Assembly: GCA_964016885.1 (NCBI GenBank)
Contig: OZ024742.1
Span: 118,110,001 to 118,174,000 of the forward strand
Source of the DNA: Eledone cirrhosa
Taxonomy: Eukaryota
DNA length: 64,000 nt
Direction: 5' to 3'
The notes below the pieces were generated by a model. That model made no database searches. It was not told the origin of the DNA and saw only the letters and a program-made list of their open reading frames with translations. Positions within the stretch are counted from its first letter, which is position 1, and every line of letters starts with the position of its first letter. A program made the position numbers and the translations under genes. This document shows positions 28,771 to 42,479 of this stretch, piece by piece.

Positions 28771-31700
28771 GGTCTGTTCTGACGTCTTTTTGCTCGCTCC
28801 CAGTAAGTCGCTTTATTTACCTGTTATAATTATTTGTTGTTTAATTTTTATTGTTGTGTAAGGGATATAAGCCATTGGACTTTGCCCTGTGAAGGGGAAA
28901 GTATAATATTTGGGCCTTTTGGTCCAAATATTTGAATAATATTTGAATATTTTATTTAAAAATTTTTTTTTTTAAATCATGGCTGAGCCACGCACCCCCA
29001 AGCAATATGTCTGCTGTCGTGTGACAACAGCGTAAAAGTTGAGAGGAGGGTTACAGGAATTGATACAACAAACACCACCACAAACAACGTGAACAAAAAC
29101 AACACTGAAAAGACTAATTTTAAAAAAATGACCACACCAACTACAACAATAATAGTGACAACCAAAATACAGACAACAGAAAAAAATGACAACAAATGCA
29201 ACAACGATATTAACACCACTAACAAGAAAATAAACAACGACAACACCAACAGCAACAATACAAATTGCACCGAAAACAACAACAACGGTGGCACCAAAAA
29301 CACAACCAACTACAACAGTGATAACAGCAACAACACCAACAACACCGTTTGTAGCAGTAGCAACAGCAACAGCACCAACAACAAGACGAGTAGCAGCAGT
29401 AGCGGCAGCAATCATGGTGCCGCTGAAAAAGGGGCCATATCTTTTGCAGGTGTGGCCCGAACTATAGAGACAGTGCTAGTCATGGAGGAGGAGATGGCAG
29501 TCGCAAGAGCCATGGTGACAAGAAATGACAATAGAGTTTCCCTGAAACCTCCACCCGATTTCTTCAAAACCAGCAGCTGCGCCCGGTAACTTACCGCACC
29601 GTAAACAAAATGTCACAACGGATGGAGAGAGCCACGGAGGCTCAAATTCAAAAGGCCTTTGGGTTCGTCTGGGAGCGCAAAACCCACATCACCCGAGGCC
29701 ACAGTAGACGTACTTTTCGCCACCCACCAAGAGGCGAAGTCTCACTTTTTGGAAACCTTAAAGAGTGAGGAGATAGTCTTGGTGCCCTCCTACTGCGGGC
29801 AGAAAATTGTGAGGGTCAAAGTGACCAGGTCCCGCCCGAAGTGCCCATACCTTGGCTGGCCGCGTCTGTACTTGCTGGGGTCGAGGAGAAGACTACCATA
29901 CTGCAAATACAGAGAATGGGAAGAGAGAATGGTCAGAAATAGGCATGCAAATGCTAATAAAAACTGACCAGGGGTGTATCGAGGCCATCCCAGATATCAT
30001 AGACCTCGAGGAAGGACTCCAACTCCCTATAAGTGTGGAAGGAAGGCACCCGAAGTGCTATCTCTGTGGGCAGAAGGGTCACCTCAGTGCCTTCTGCCCG
30101 CAGAAGACAGCCAAGAAGAGGGCCCTCTCCTCCCGACGCCTGATCCGCTGCTACCAAGAGCAGGGAAGACAACAGAGGCAGAAGACCTTTCCATGGTGAG
30201 TAGGAGGGCAACGTCCGTGGCACCCATACCAAGGCCACGGACAACTAAAACAGCGGCAACAGTGGCGGCAACACCAACAGTCGCAGTAGCTACACCGGCT
30301 GCAAAATCGCCGGAGCGGGCTCCACTACCACCACCAACAGCAGTGGAGCTCATACCCCTCCCAGACGCCACGGAATGCGACATGGAGTATGATGCGGGAG
30401 GGAAGTGGCAAACGGTGTGCCACAAAAAAAAAAAAAGACCCCTTAACTTCACCCTCCAAAAGCGAAGGCAAACAAAGACGGGCAAAGGCTGCAAGGAGAC
30501 TTGCAGCAACACCACCACCATCACCTCCACAAGCATCACCACCAACAACAACCACACCACCACCAGCATCACCAAAAATACCAACATCGCAAACACAACA
30601 AAGCACACACCCAACAGCAACAACAAGAAAACAGCAATAAAACCACCCCTCTCGCCAAAAGGTACACAGCCATAAAGATTTTGACCAAGGTGTTAACGAA
30701 AAGGTTGGAGCTTGTCGTCGACGATTTGGTTGGGGAGGCGCAAACTTGTGCAATCCCAACCAGGTCCATATATGACACCCTCCACCTCATGCGATACATC
30801 ATAGAGAGGGTTGGGTGTAAACCTGGATTCGGTGGAGCTCTGATCAATTTGGAACAATCGAAAGCATTCAATAGAATCGACCATCGGTACCTGGAGGCTG
30901 TCCTCAAGGCAGCTGGCTTCCGCCGCGTCTTCAGAAGCTGGATCGCTGCAATGCACAGCGGCATCTGCTCGGTGGTCAAAGTTAACGGTCACCTCTCAGA
31001 ACCGTTTCAGATCCCCTGATCGTAGAGGGGATAGGTTCCGTTAGTAAGGCGGTCCACCTGCGTTCTCTCTACGTGGAGGGGTGGGCATGCCATGGCTAAT
31101 GATGCACCGACACAACATCTCCAGATGTTCTGCCTAAATGGTGAACAGGTGTGGTCACCGTTTTTCCCACGGGCCTTTCCACAGCTCGTCTCTTTGACTG
31201 AGCTGCAGTCCTGGGTTGAAGAGACCGAGACTGGCTGACTGGCATCTGAAATGTTACCATGCACTCGCTGCCCTCTACCAGGCGAGCAATGTGATCAGTG
31301 GAACTTCTACTCACGTGTTCTTTAGAAGATTAGTGTTGGGCAAGTGCGATGAGGCTCTGGGTGTCGACGATGTCGAACTGACCAGTCTGTTCCGGAGTAC
31401 TTTCGAGTCGGTGTCGATGGATAACTTCCAGAAATCCCTCGCTTGGCAGTGCTACCGGGGGAGCACTGCCGGTTCAAGATAAACTCTACAGGCACGGAAG
31501 TGCTGTCACACGGGCCTGCCCGAGAAGTTCACAGAGCGACAGAACAGTTCTACGCGCACTCGTCCAGTGTCCGTGCAGTTATATCGAACAGCTGAAGTTA
31601 CGTGTAGAACGGATCCAGCTATCTACCGAGTCCATAGTGAAGAACGACCTGCCGCTTTCTTTTGGCCCGGAAGGGCAGGCAATTTTCCTCTGTCTAGTGG

Positions 31701-32163
31701 CAATAGTGAAAGAGGTTGTATGGTGATAGGACTGAAGACAGACACTTTTCTCTTCGGCCAATCCCTCATCAACCTTTTCAAGTTTCACTTAGGAAGTTAA
31801 GGGTGGAGAGGGAAGTGCTGCCACCCCACACCTCCAGTACATTTGATAAACGGTGGGTGAATGTGGCGAGAATGGCCCGTGTGAGTGGGCCTACTCTGAT
31901 CATGGGCCTGTAGGCTGGTGAATTTGAGGAGGAGAGGGGTGCCCTTCCCGGGTACCCTCCAAGCGTCGGGTGGTTCGTGATTGGTGTGGTACCTGAGTCA
32001 ACCCTGGGTGGTTATCCCCCTTATTGGGGTAGTTCTGTTGTTTTTAATTTTCTTGTTTATTGTTACTGTTTTCATTTTTTTCCTCGTATTTTGTGTAAAA
32101 CCCCCACTGTCGCTGTCTATTGTATTGTCCCTTATATGTAGGCCCATGTGGCCAATAAATGAG
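28771..32163 (+). mobile_element. Tx1/L1-clade non-LTR retrotransposon, internally deleted
   Basis: ORF1 remnants with a CCHC knuckle CYLCGQKGHLSAFC. RT fragment KILTKVLTKRL..QTCAIPTRSI..SKAFNRIDHRYL..VKVNGHLSEPF. 3' end AATAAA plus simple-repeat tail. The 5' boundary is approximate. Confidence 0.85.
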
Positions 32164-32536
32164 ACAAGTAGTAGTAATAGTAGTAGTTGTTGTTGTTGTT
32201 GTAGTAATATGTTAGAGTGATCCCGGTACTTGATTGATAATCCATTATCGACAAGATTTTCATTTTCCAAAATTTTCTCCCGGTCGATATTCCTGGCTTC
32301 TTATTTCTAGATTGAAGCACCTCTAGATCATCTAATAATTGGAAAAATACTCTCAGTTACTGAAATACAATATAGAAAGCCTACCTTTAGTGTATTTAAT
32401 ATGCAGAATGCACTCCTGCGGTACTTTCTCTCAGCTTTGTTGTAGATATTCATAATGAGTATCATTCCATTGCCTTTTTTTTCTCTATGTATACTAATCC
32501 TTTGTACGTCTTGCCAACTGAGAAAACTAGACTTCG

Positions 32537-32571
32537 CTGAGGAAATCTAATAAGATCGAAACGTGTGCGTT
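32537..32571 (+). ncRNA. Hammerhead core, stem I not evident
   Basis: CTGAGGA-a atct aata agat c-GAAA-cgtgtgcg-TT. Confidence 0.45.
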
Positions 32572-32892
32572 GCTTTTGCTCACCAGTTTATTTTAAGAAC
32601 AAGATCGAATTTTTACTGCATCATTTTTATTTCCCCAAAATATCGCTTGGCTGACATGACTGGAGTTATCTCCTTCACTGTTTGGTTTTAAACATCTATA
32701 TAAATTTTGTCTACCAATATCAAAAATAATCTTAGTTAAACAAGGTTTTTTAACCCACTATATTACACATGAGATCTTAACGTGTGTGTATTTAGTATAC
32801 AGAACGTTCCACTAAGACATTTACCCTCAGTCTTACTATTTCATAACCCCGGACAGTTAAAAATTTGCTTGAACTCAGGGTGTAAAATAATA

Positions 32893-33167
32893 ATTGTTTC
32901 TACTTTTGGCACAAGGCCAGCAATTCACCAGTACATTACTGGTACTTTATTTTATCGACCCCGTAACGATGAAAGGCAAAGTTAACTTCGGCGGGATTTG
33001 AACTCAGAATGGCAAGGGCCGTAACTCTATGCGTCAAAGCATGACGTCCGACCTTCTACCGATACTGCCAATCGACCGCCAGGGTGTAAAATAATAATTG
33101 TTTCTATTTTAGGCACAAGGCCAGCAATTACCCAGTACATTACTGGTACTTTATTTTATCGACCCCA
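32893..33167 (-). mobile_element. SINE plus partial tandem duplicate
   Basis: Full copy 32893-33080. The flank AGGGTGTAAAATAATAATTG and the SINE 3' part are repeated from 33081. Confidence 0.8.
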
Positions 33168-33864
33168 TAATAATGGTCTCAAATTTGGGTACAAAGCCAC
33201 CAATTTTAGGGAGAAGGGAATGTGATTAAACTCAACCAATTCTTGACTGGTACTTTATTTTATCACCCAAGCTAAATTTGACCTCAATGGAATTTGAAAA
33301 CAGGATGTAAAGAGCCAAAAGAAATACTTCAAAGAATTTCTTTCAGTGTTATAACAATTCTGCCATTCTACCACACTAGGACGTAATTTAACAACAAACT
33401 TTAAGGTTTAAATGACACCTCTCCTGGCTATTACTTTAGCTTACGTTGCGGTCAATGACTCAAATTTAGCAACACAATAAGCAAATTGTGGCTTATATAT
33501 CGAAATATTCTTGTTTTATATTCCAAGTAACAGTGTGTCACTTGATATGAGGTTTATTTACAACTGTATTCATACTGAAATTTACATCTAATCTCTCACT
33601 TTTCAGAAAAAAACACTAACAGGTTATCAACTTTGCTCAAATAATTTTAGGCGATATAAATGCAGTCCTCTACGCATTCAACGATTGAATAAAATTATTC
33701 TTTTGAGGACTGATATAAGATGGAATGCAGAACACACCAGTCACTCTATTCTGAATAATGCTTGTATGTCATGTTTTGTACACACGTTTCAAAAATACAA
33801 AAATATTTAAAAGTGCATGCACGTGTGGTTAAGATGTTTGTTGCTACACGGACGTGCGTTCGTG

Positions 33865-33898
<34 letters not shown>

Positions 33899-33929
33899 TA
33901 TATATATACATACATACACACACACACAC

Positions 33930-33964
<35 letters not shown>

Positions 33965-34500
33965 CACATATATGTACATATGTGTGAATGTGTGTGGTTC
34001 AGTGTGTCTGTATATATGTATATATGTCTTACTTCCTAGACCACATACCAAATTAAACCGCACAGGAAATCCTTTTGCCTATGTTTTATTTTTATTATTA
34101 TCAAGTATTAACCTTTAACAATTAAAATGTAATCTCATCTTTACATTTCCTACAACGAGCTTGACAAAGTATTACCGTCACCGACCGCCACTAAGTAAAC
34201 AAAATATTGTTTGTATCAGAAACTTTATATTATCAAGCTCGTGGTAAGTGTATAGTTACGTCCCTTTACGATCTGAGTTCAAATCCGGGCGAGGTTTTAT
34301 CGACCCCGTAAGGATGAAAGGCAAAGTTAACCTCGGCGGGATTTGAACTCAGAATGGCAAGGGCCGTAACTCTATGCGTCAAAGCATGGCGTCCGACCCT
34401 CTACCGATACTGCCAATCCAAATGATAACGAATTATTCGATAAGTAATTCCTTAAAAAATTTGTAAAACCAGTTTAAATTATATAGTTTTATATATATAT

Positions 34501-37500
34501 ATCCTCGCCCTCCTTGTCACCACCCTCCCCTCCCACATCTCCGACACCAACCACGCCCTGCGCCTTTTCGACTCCTTCACCTACCCACCCGGCCCACAGC
34601 CCTTCTTCTTCACCCCAGACATCAAGTCCCTCTATACCGTCATCCCCCACGCCTACGGCCTACGTGCCCTCAAGCACTACCTCGACCTTCGCCCCTCCCC
34701 CATCTCCTCCACCCCACCCCCTTCGCCTCGCCGAGCTGGTCCTCACCCTCAAATTTTCTCCTTCTCGGGTGAGTTTTACCAACAGGTCACGGGGGTAGCC
34801 ATGGGTACAAGAATGGGCCCAAACTATGCCAATCTTTTTGTTGGCCATGTTGAGGCCCAAATCTTTGCCCAATATACCGGCCCCACGCCCGAACTGTACG
34901 GTCGTTACATCGACGACTGTATCGGAGCCACGACCCTCACCCGAGAACAGCTCGACTCCTTTCTCTCTTTCTTCTGCTCCTTCCACCCCTCCCTCCACTT
35001 TACCACCTATATCTCCACCACCCACGTCCACTTCTTAGACATCTCCGTCGCCTTCGACCCCTCCCACCACTCCCTCGTCACCTCCGCCTTCTTCAAACCC
35101 ACCGACTCCCACTTCTACCTCGACTTCACCTCTTCCCACTCCACACACACTAAACACTCTATTCCCTACTCCCAACTCCTCAGGATCCGCCGCCTCTGTA
35201 GCCGAGATGCTGACTTTGAGTCCCTGGCCCTTTCCCTAGTTAGCCATTTCATCCGCAGAGGTTACCTCCCCTCTCTCGTCCACACCGCTCTCACCCGCGC
35301 CCGTGCTGTCCACCGCTCCACCACCCTCACCCCACGCCACCGCACACCCACCCACCGTCTCCCCTTCCCCATCACCTACCACCCCTCCACCATACCCCTC
35401 CACCGCACCATCCTCCGCCTCTTCCGACGCCTCCAGTCCGACCCCTCCACCACCCACATCTTCCCAGCCCCACCACTCCCCTCCTTCAAACGCGCACGCA
35501 ATCTCCGCACCCTCCTCGTCCACATCTCCCCCCCCCCGGTTCCCTTCCCTGTTCCAGGCCCCGCTGCAACACCTGTCCCCACATCACCAACACCACCACT
35601 TTCCAGGGTCCCAACGGCCACTCTCTCTCTGTCCGGCATGCCTTCCGCTGCACCTCCTCCAACCTAGTCTACGGACTTCGCTGCATGGAGTGCAGCGCGA
35701 CCTACGTCGGACAGACTGGACGTCGCCTGGCGGACAGGTTTACTGAACACCTCCGAGATATTCGTCTCGGTGGTAGTTCCCCCATCGCCCACCACTTTGG
35801 TGCCCCTGGACATTCCGCACACCACCTCAGTCTGTGGCCTACTCCAATGCCACGGAACACCCACCACTCTCCTCAGGGTCGAACAACGAACCATCTTCAC
35901 TCTACAGACCCACACTCCCCCCGGCCTGAACTCCCCACCCTTATTCCTTTAGCCTTCGACCGCCCCTCCCCCACACATATCCCCCACTAACACCACTAAC
36001 ACACCCCTCCTTTTCAACGCCCACCCCACAACTAACAATACTAGCACCTCCACCCCACACGCCCGACCACCCTTCCCCAACTAACATACTAACATCCCTC
36101 CCTTCTTCCCCCCCTCCTTATCACACGCACACACCCACCGGTACATATATACACGCGCTCACACTAAACACACACCCTACTACCACCACTAACCCTCACC
36201 CCCACACATCCACCCCACCACCCGCAACTAACATCACTAACACCCCCCGACCCCAAGCACACGAACACAGACACCCACTTACACCACCCACTCTACACGC
36301 AACTAACATCACTAACACCCCCCAACCTTACGCACACGAACACACACACCCTCTTACACCACCCACTCTACACACCCTACCACCACTGACCCCCATTCAC
36401 ACCCGTATTCAACCCTTTCTCCACCTCCAGTATACTAACACCCACTAACACCTCCTTCACCACATACACACTCATCCAAACACGCACACACACACCAGTA
36501 CACTACACCCCCTCCATCGGCTCCCACACCCTTCTCTCTCCGCTCCACCCACACCCTTTCACACACACACACACATCCCACTAACACCACTACTAATACA
36601 TACACACACCCTCCCCACTCCAACTTTCACACCTACCCATCCTCTTCCCTGTCCACCGCACCTCCGCACAAACTGACACACCGACTTTCTTCACTTACCA
36701 TTCTACCCTACTGCTGTTATGCCCTTATCTCTGACCACCTCCCCGCACACACAGACACACAACCCTCCTCCTGCCTTGACCCTCTGACCACTTCCTGTTG
36801 CGCGCGCACCCCACACCTCCCCTCTTCCGACCAATCTCTTCACGGATTACACATATGTGAACATCGATCCCTAGAATCCACCACATCCCAAGGATATTAC
36901 TCAGCATCCACAACGTCGTCCATGGAACTACCTTAAGGACTCATCCACTGACATACACCCCCAAAAAATGTGTTGCCCCACACGCCACCTACATCCACAA
37001 CATCATAAACACCACACACACACGTGCGTACCACCACATATTTACACATTCAGCCTCCGGAATCCTCTCCCCCCACCCTTCTATCCACACACGCACACAC
37101 ACTCCGACCTACACCCCACCCCATTCACACCTCTTCCTGAACATGCAACCCCGTTCTTCCCACAACCCTTGCTTTCACATACACACACACACACACGTAC
37201 ACCTACACACACACACCACCTTCTACCCTCCCCGCTAGGACACCCCGCCTCCCTCTCCCCACTCCACCCTTCCACCACCTGTTTTACTTCATGTGTATTT
37301 TTATTTTTATTTTTATCATGCTTTTATATTTAATTTCATTTGTACCGTTTCCTCTCACCCCCTTTTATCTATATGTCTCTCCACCACTCCCCGACACACC
37401 CTTGGAACTCTCTTCCCACACACTTTTCACCTGAAGAAGGGCTTATGCCCGAAACGTCGTTCCCCACCACCACACCACCACTCCACTCTCAAGAGCGTGA

Positions 37501-37554
37501 AACTAATAAACCTTTGTTCGTACTGCCTCTCTGTTTTGTTCCCGTTCAATTTTT

Positions 37555-37558
<4 letters not shown>
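34501..37558 (+). mobile_element. C-rich Penelope-like element (RT + GIY-YIG), 5'-truncated and frameshifted
   Basis: DIKSLYT; GVAMGTRMGPNYANLFVG..RYIDDC..FLDISV..KPTDSH..SIPYSQLLRIRRLCS; GIY-YIG YVGQTGRRLADRFTEH; terminal HHR; (TA)n on both sides. Confidence 0.92.
37429..37460 (+). ncRNA. Minimal PLE-type hammerhead ribozyme
   Basis: ac-CTGAAGA-a gggc ttat gccc-GAAA-cg-TC-gt. Confidence 0.72.
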
Positions 37559-37588
<30 letters not shown>

Positions 37589-37726
37589 TATAAAAATGGC
37601 TTCTACAGGACTAGAACCGTCTCAATAGAAGGAAATCATCAAATATTAAGTATTTATACTCTGCAATGTATTGAGTACCTTACTTACTGTGGTTACACTC
37701 GATTGAACCCGGGATACACATATCTA

Positions 37727-37779
<53 letters not shown>

Positions 37780-37791
37780 CTCTCTCTCTCC

Positions 37792-37881
<90 letters not shown>

Positions 37882-37948
37882 CGAAGGAAATGTGTCCAGA
37901 ATTAGCCGTCGAAACGGCTTGAGCTCAGCCGTCGGGGTCTTACTTGTT

Positions 37949-38004
<56 letters not shown>

Positions 38005-38074
38005 TATTGAAGTTTCCGTTGAAAATTGAAAAAGTCAGAGGAATAAAGAGTGCTCTATGTAAGTTACACAGCTA

Positions 38075-38283
38075 AATATTTAATGTATAATAGACAATAC
38101 AGTATAATTACCTCATTACCAGAGGTTTCCCGAACAAGACGAATACAAGACACGTCCTCATTCGTTCGTCAGACAATTGCCTTGTCTGACGAACGAATGA
38201 GGACATGTCTTGTATTCGTCTTGTTCGGGAAACCTCTGCTAATGAGGTAATTATACTGTATTGTTTATTATACATTAAATATA
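38075..38283. repeat. Fold-back inverted repeat with a hammerhead core in each arm
   Basis: Plus arm 38186-38249: CTGACGA-a cgaatgaggac...gtcttgttcg g-GAAA-cctc tgctaat gagg-TA. Mirror at 38109-38172. Confidence 0.8.
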
Positions 38284-38309
38284 TATATATATACATACAT
38301 ATATACATG

Positions 38310-39762
38310 ACATGATAGCAGCCCCCTCCTTTTCGAGTATGGCCATTGCACGATAAAAAAAACATAATAATAACAATAATAATAATAACAACAATAATAA
38401 TAACGAGAACAACAACAATAATAATATACATACATATATATACACACACACGCGCACACACATAAACATATCTACACACACACGATAGCAATTAACAGCG
38501 CTGCGATCGAATGTGGCTTTTTAGCCCAGCTAATGATCTAAAATGTCTTGCACAGAGTTGGCAACCAAAACATTCACTGGGAATAGCCGGCTGAGGTTGG
38601 AGTTCATGTACTTTTGCATGTCGTTTGAGCCTTCCTGCTGATTTACATTCTCTACCACATGCTTGGCAAGCATGATGAGTAGCATCTTCAACAGAAGCCT
38701 GGTAGTCAACTACTTGTCTTACTTTATGACTGCGAAGATGACTTTCGAGTCCAGCTTTGCTTAGGCAGTCTCGCACAGACGCTGCATGTCAGCACCATAG
38801 GAGGACCCTCTCCGTCTGGAAGTGCAACAGCAATGCCCTTCCTCACATCCCGCTTTACTTTCTCGTATGCGATTCGAGATGCCACAAAGACAACTTTTCT
38901 CTCATATACAGTCTTTCTCCATTTATTACGATCAGCAGCAATATTTTCCCATGTATCAGCAGAGATGTTAGCGTCTCTCAAAGAGGCTTTCAAGGAATCC
39001 TTATACCTATTTTTTGGTTTATGAGGCGGTCGTTTTCCTTTAACTAACTCTCCATAAAAGAGTTGTTTTGGTATTCTAGAATCCTTCATCCTGGCAAGGT
39101 GACCACTCCAACGGAGTCGTTGCTTAAGCACAAGAGATTCTATACTGTCACACATAGAGCTTTCCAAAATCTCGACATCACTGATGTGGTCCTTCCAGTA
39201 AACGCCATGGATCCGTCTGAGACACATCTGATGGAAACGCTCCAATTGCTTAAGGTGGTGTCGATATGTGACCCAGGTCTCGCAGGCATAAAGAAGAGAC
39301 GGGAGCACACATGCCTTGTACACCTTTACCTTTGTCTTCTTGCATATGTCTCGCCAACCCCAGAGTCGCCTTTCTAGCTCTCCGAAAGCATCACTTACTT
39401 TCCTAATCCTGAGTGGGATTTCATTATCAAGGTTGCTGTATCTATTGACAGTGCTTCCCAGGTAGACAAACTGATCAACCACTCCAAGTCGTTTACCATA
39501 CACATAGATATTTGGTTCACAGTACTGCCTACCAGGGGCAGGTTGGTACATGACGGTTTTCTTGAGACTGACAGTCAATTCTAGGGCAGTGCAAACATCA
39601 GAAAATGCATTCAAAATGTGCTGCATATCACTCTCTGCGTGCGCTACAAGATCGCAATCATCTGCATACAAGAGGTCTCTTATGATTGATGTAAATACTT
39701 TTGTTTTTGCAGCAAAGCGCCTGATGTTAAATATGCTGCCTGAGGTTCGATATCGGATGTAA
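38310..39762 (-). mobile_element. RTE-clade LINE, 5'-truncated (RT + three C2H2 fingers)
   Basis: LLYADDCDL, FVYLGS, LLYACETW, RLRWSGHLARMKDSRIPKQLFYGEL. Frameshift near 38770, then the zinc fingers. Confidence 0.92.
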
Positions 39763-39830
39763 ACATACATACATACATACATACATACATACATACATAC
39801 ATACATACATACATACATACATACATACAT

Positions 39831-40273
39831 GGTGGCTGCCAACTCGTTTTCGAGTACGGCCACTACTTTATATCCATGTTGGAGAACTCCTACCGATGCG
39901 CGGAATGAGTGTGACTTTTTAGTCCAGCCAGCGGATTGAAAACGGTGGTACAAACACTACACTTGTGACAATTATTGACACATAGTGCTGGGCCTATGGT
40001 ACCATGTGACGACAAGTGCAGAGAGATCTCCAGATATAAAGCAATGCCTGTGCCGTGAAGCTTTTATAGTGAGCAAAGGCACTGCACAAAGCCAGTCCGA
40101 CTCTCTTAACCAAGATGATATTTACCAAAAAGAAGAACAAGTCAACATCATTGGATGCCATCAGAGTTGCAGGTGTTATATCAGAATTTTCCTTCTCCTA
40201 GAATTCTGCCTTGACAAAGGGCAAAGGAGCTCTTAAGAGTCAATGGCAATCCAAAATCACCGGGAGAGATGAC
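39831..40273 (-). mobile_element. Non-autonomous RTE-derived element, copy with inverted 5' segment
   Basis: Highly similar to 20551-21005. 40220-40273 is inverted relative to 20945-20998. Confidence 0.78.
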
Positions 40274-42479
40274 ATACATACATACATACATACATACATA
40301 CATACATACATACATACATACATACATACATACATACATACATACATACACACACACATACATACATTGGTGGCAGAGTCATTAGAACGTCGGATAGAAT
40401 GTTTCATGGTATTCGTTCCATCTCTCTCTGAGTTCAAATCCCGCCGAGGTCAGCTTTGCCTCTCATCCACTATATACTATTTGAATATTCTACATATTAC
40501 TACTTATAAGGTATAAGATCTAAGGAAGTGTTATGAATTCTACCTAAGTTTGTCTTTTCATCTTCATCTTCATCTTCTACCTAGTCAGTCTGCCTCTGTC
40601 ACTTGCTTGACTTGCTTGCATACTGTATAAACATTAATTAAAATATTGTTGAAAACTGTGATAAAGTGTTTACACAAGTCAGATTTGTCACGCATCAGTA
40701 TGTTTTTGTTTTGTTTTTTTTTATCTGAAACTCAAATATTGAGTTGTAAATAAACCAGTTTCTTCTTCACTTGCGTTGCTGCAAGAACATTAAATTGTTT
40801 TCTGGTGCAACGAGATAGGTGACTACCGGTTAAAAAGTAAGTAGGTTAACTACCACACCCACCATGCAATTAGAGAGCATAGATATAAGTATACTAGTTT
40901 TTGTCTAGGTAGCAACAGCTGATGTAAGAAATATGAGCGCTGTAGACAAAGTGGTAGTTAAGATCAAGACAATTTTTCTAGTCTCATTTGAAGCGATTTA
41001 ATTTTGCTTCAATTGCGTTGTTAATGTCCTTAGCAAAAGCAGAGATGCTACAAATACTATTTTCTTCCTCACAAGTATATGGTCCGTTTGTGTCTTGTGT
41101 AAAACATAGCATACACAGTTTTATACTAAGTAATTAAATGTATTTTCGATTACATCCTACATGTGGTTTGTTATTTAGGGATAATTCCTTCTAAAGAAGT
41201 ATAAAATCGTGCATACCATTCGTGTCTTTCTTTTGAAGTGGGGAAAGTTAAAAGACTTCTATCAGATATTGGGATTATTTTGTTCAGTTTGGCTGCAATT
41301 TGATTTTTGTTCGACACTTTCTGTTTTAGAGCAAGCAGAAAAAAAATTAATATTTTGACATTCGTGTGTATTTTCACCAAAATGTATTACGTTACCTCAA
41401 ATTCATGTGTTTAAATTAGTACAATGCTTAATTAATATTTTAAAAGATACATCACACAAATGTTCAGATTAATCCTAGTATCAAACATTTAAAAACAATT
41501 ATTACTGCTACAATATCATTTCTGTATGAAATGTAGCAGTTCACTTTTGGCTGAATCAATAGTCAGCCAATGAGTAATATATCGTATATGTATCAATATT
41601 GCAACTTAGCTCTCCAAGGTTTACTTCAGTTAATTTAAAATAGGTTACAGCTTACTAACGAAAACAACGAGTATTATGAAAATGTTAAGTGTTTCAGTAG
41701 TTTCCAGTATTGAACTAATTCATTCATAGGAGATGAGAAGACACATTGGCCTAACCATTGCTATATAAACTCGAAGTCATTAGTAGTAAATATACAACGC
41801 TATAGATTATTGCTAGTTATAAACGATACCATTACTAGTTATATATGAAATTATGTTAATAATAATGTATTCACTGCGGTATTTTGACTTTTTGCATAGC
41901 TCTAATTGTAAGAGTATGTATGTATCTATCTTATTGGTTCAGATTACAAGATTAGTCATTGTTTGACTAAGTAAAATATGTTAACATCCATAATGCCAGT
42001 ATCAGTGCACTAATCTATAAAACGTTCGTTGTAAAACAATGTTTTAGTTGCTATCAATTATAAATAGACTATATAGTCATTAAAGTGATACTGAAACATG
42101 GTACCTTTTACACTGCGCATGATAAATGATACGGTTTAATGTGTGACTCCTGATCAGGCGACATAAATAGGTATTGCTGATCACTTTACGTACATATCTA
42201 TCTTCTTTATTACACTTCTTTAATGAACTAATCTAATCAGCGCATCACACTTTACAAAATATATGTGTTTTCTATTTTCTGTGACAAGGAGGAAAGCTAT
42301 CAATTTTTGCACGGAACAAAATAACGTCCTTGAATTTCAAATAAAATTATAAAGGATTCTGTTGTAGAAGAAGGTATAAGAATAACTTTCTTCATATCTA
42401 CATTCATATCTTCATATCTTCATAATTTACATTCATATCTACATTATTGATTTCTTACAAAGGAACAGAGCATGCATTA

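Noticed and set aside
39763-39953. N-terminal part of the 409-aa ORF 38724..39953
   Set aside because: It runs through a (TATG)n tail and a separate element, so it is a chance in-frame fusion rather than part of the RTE protein.
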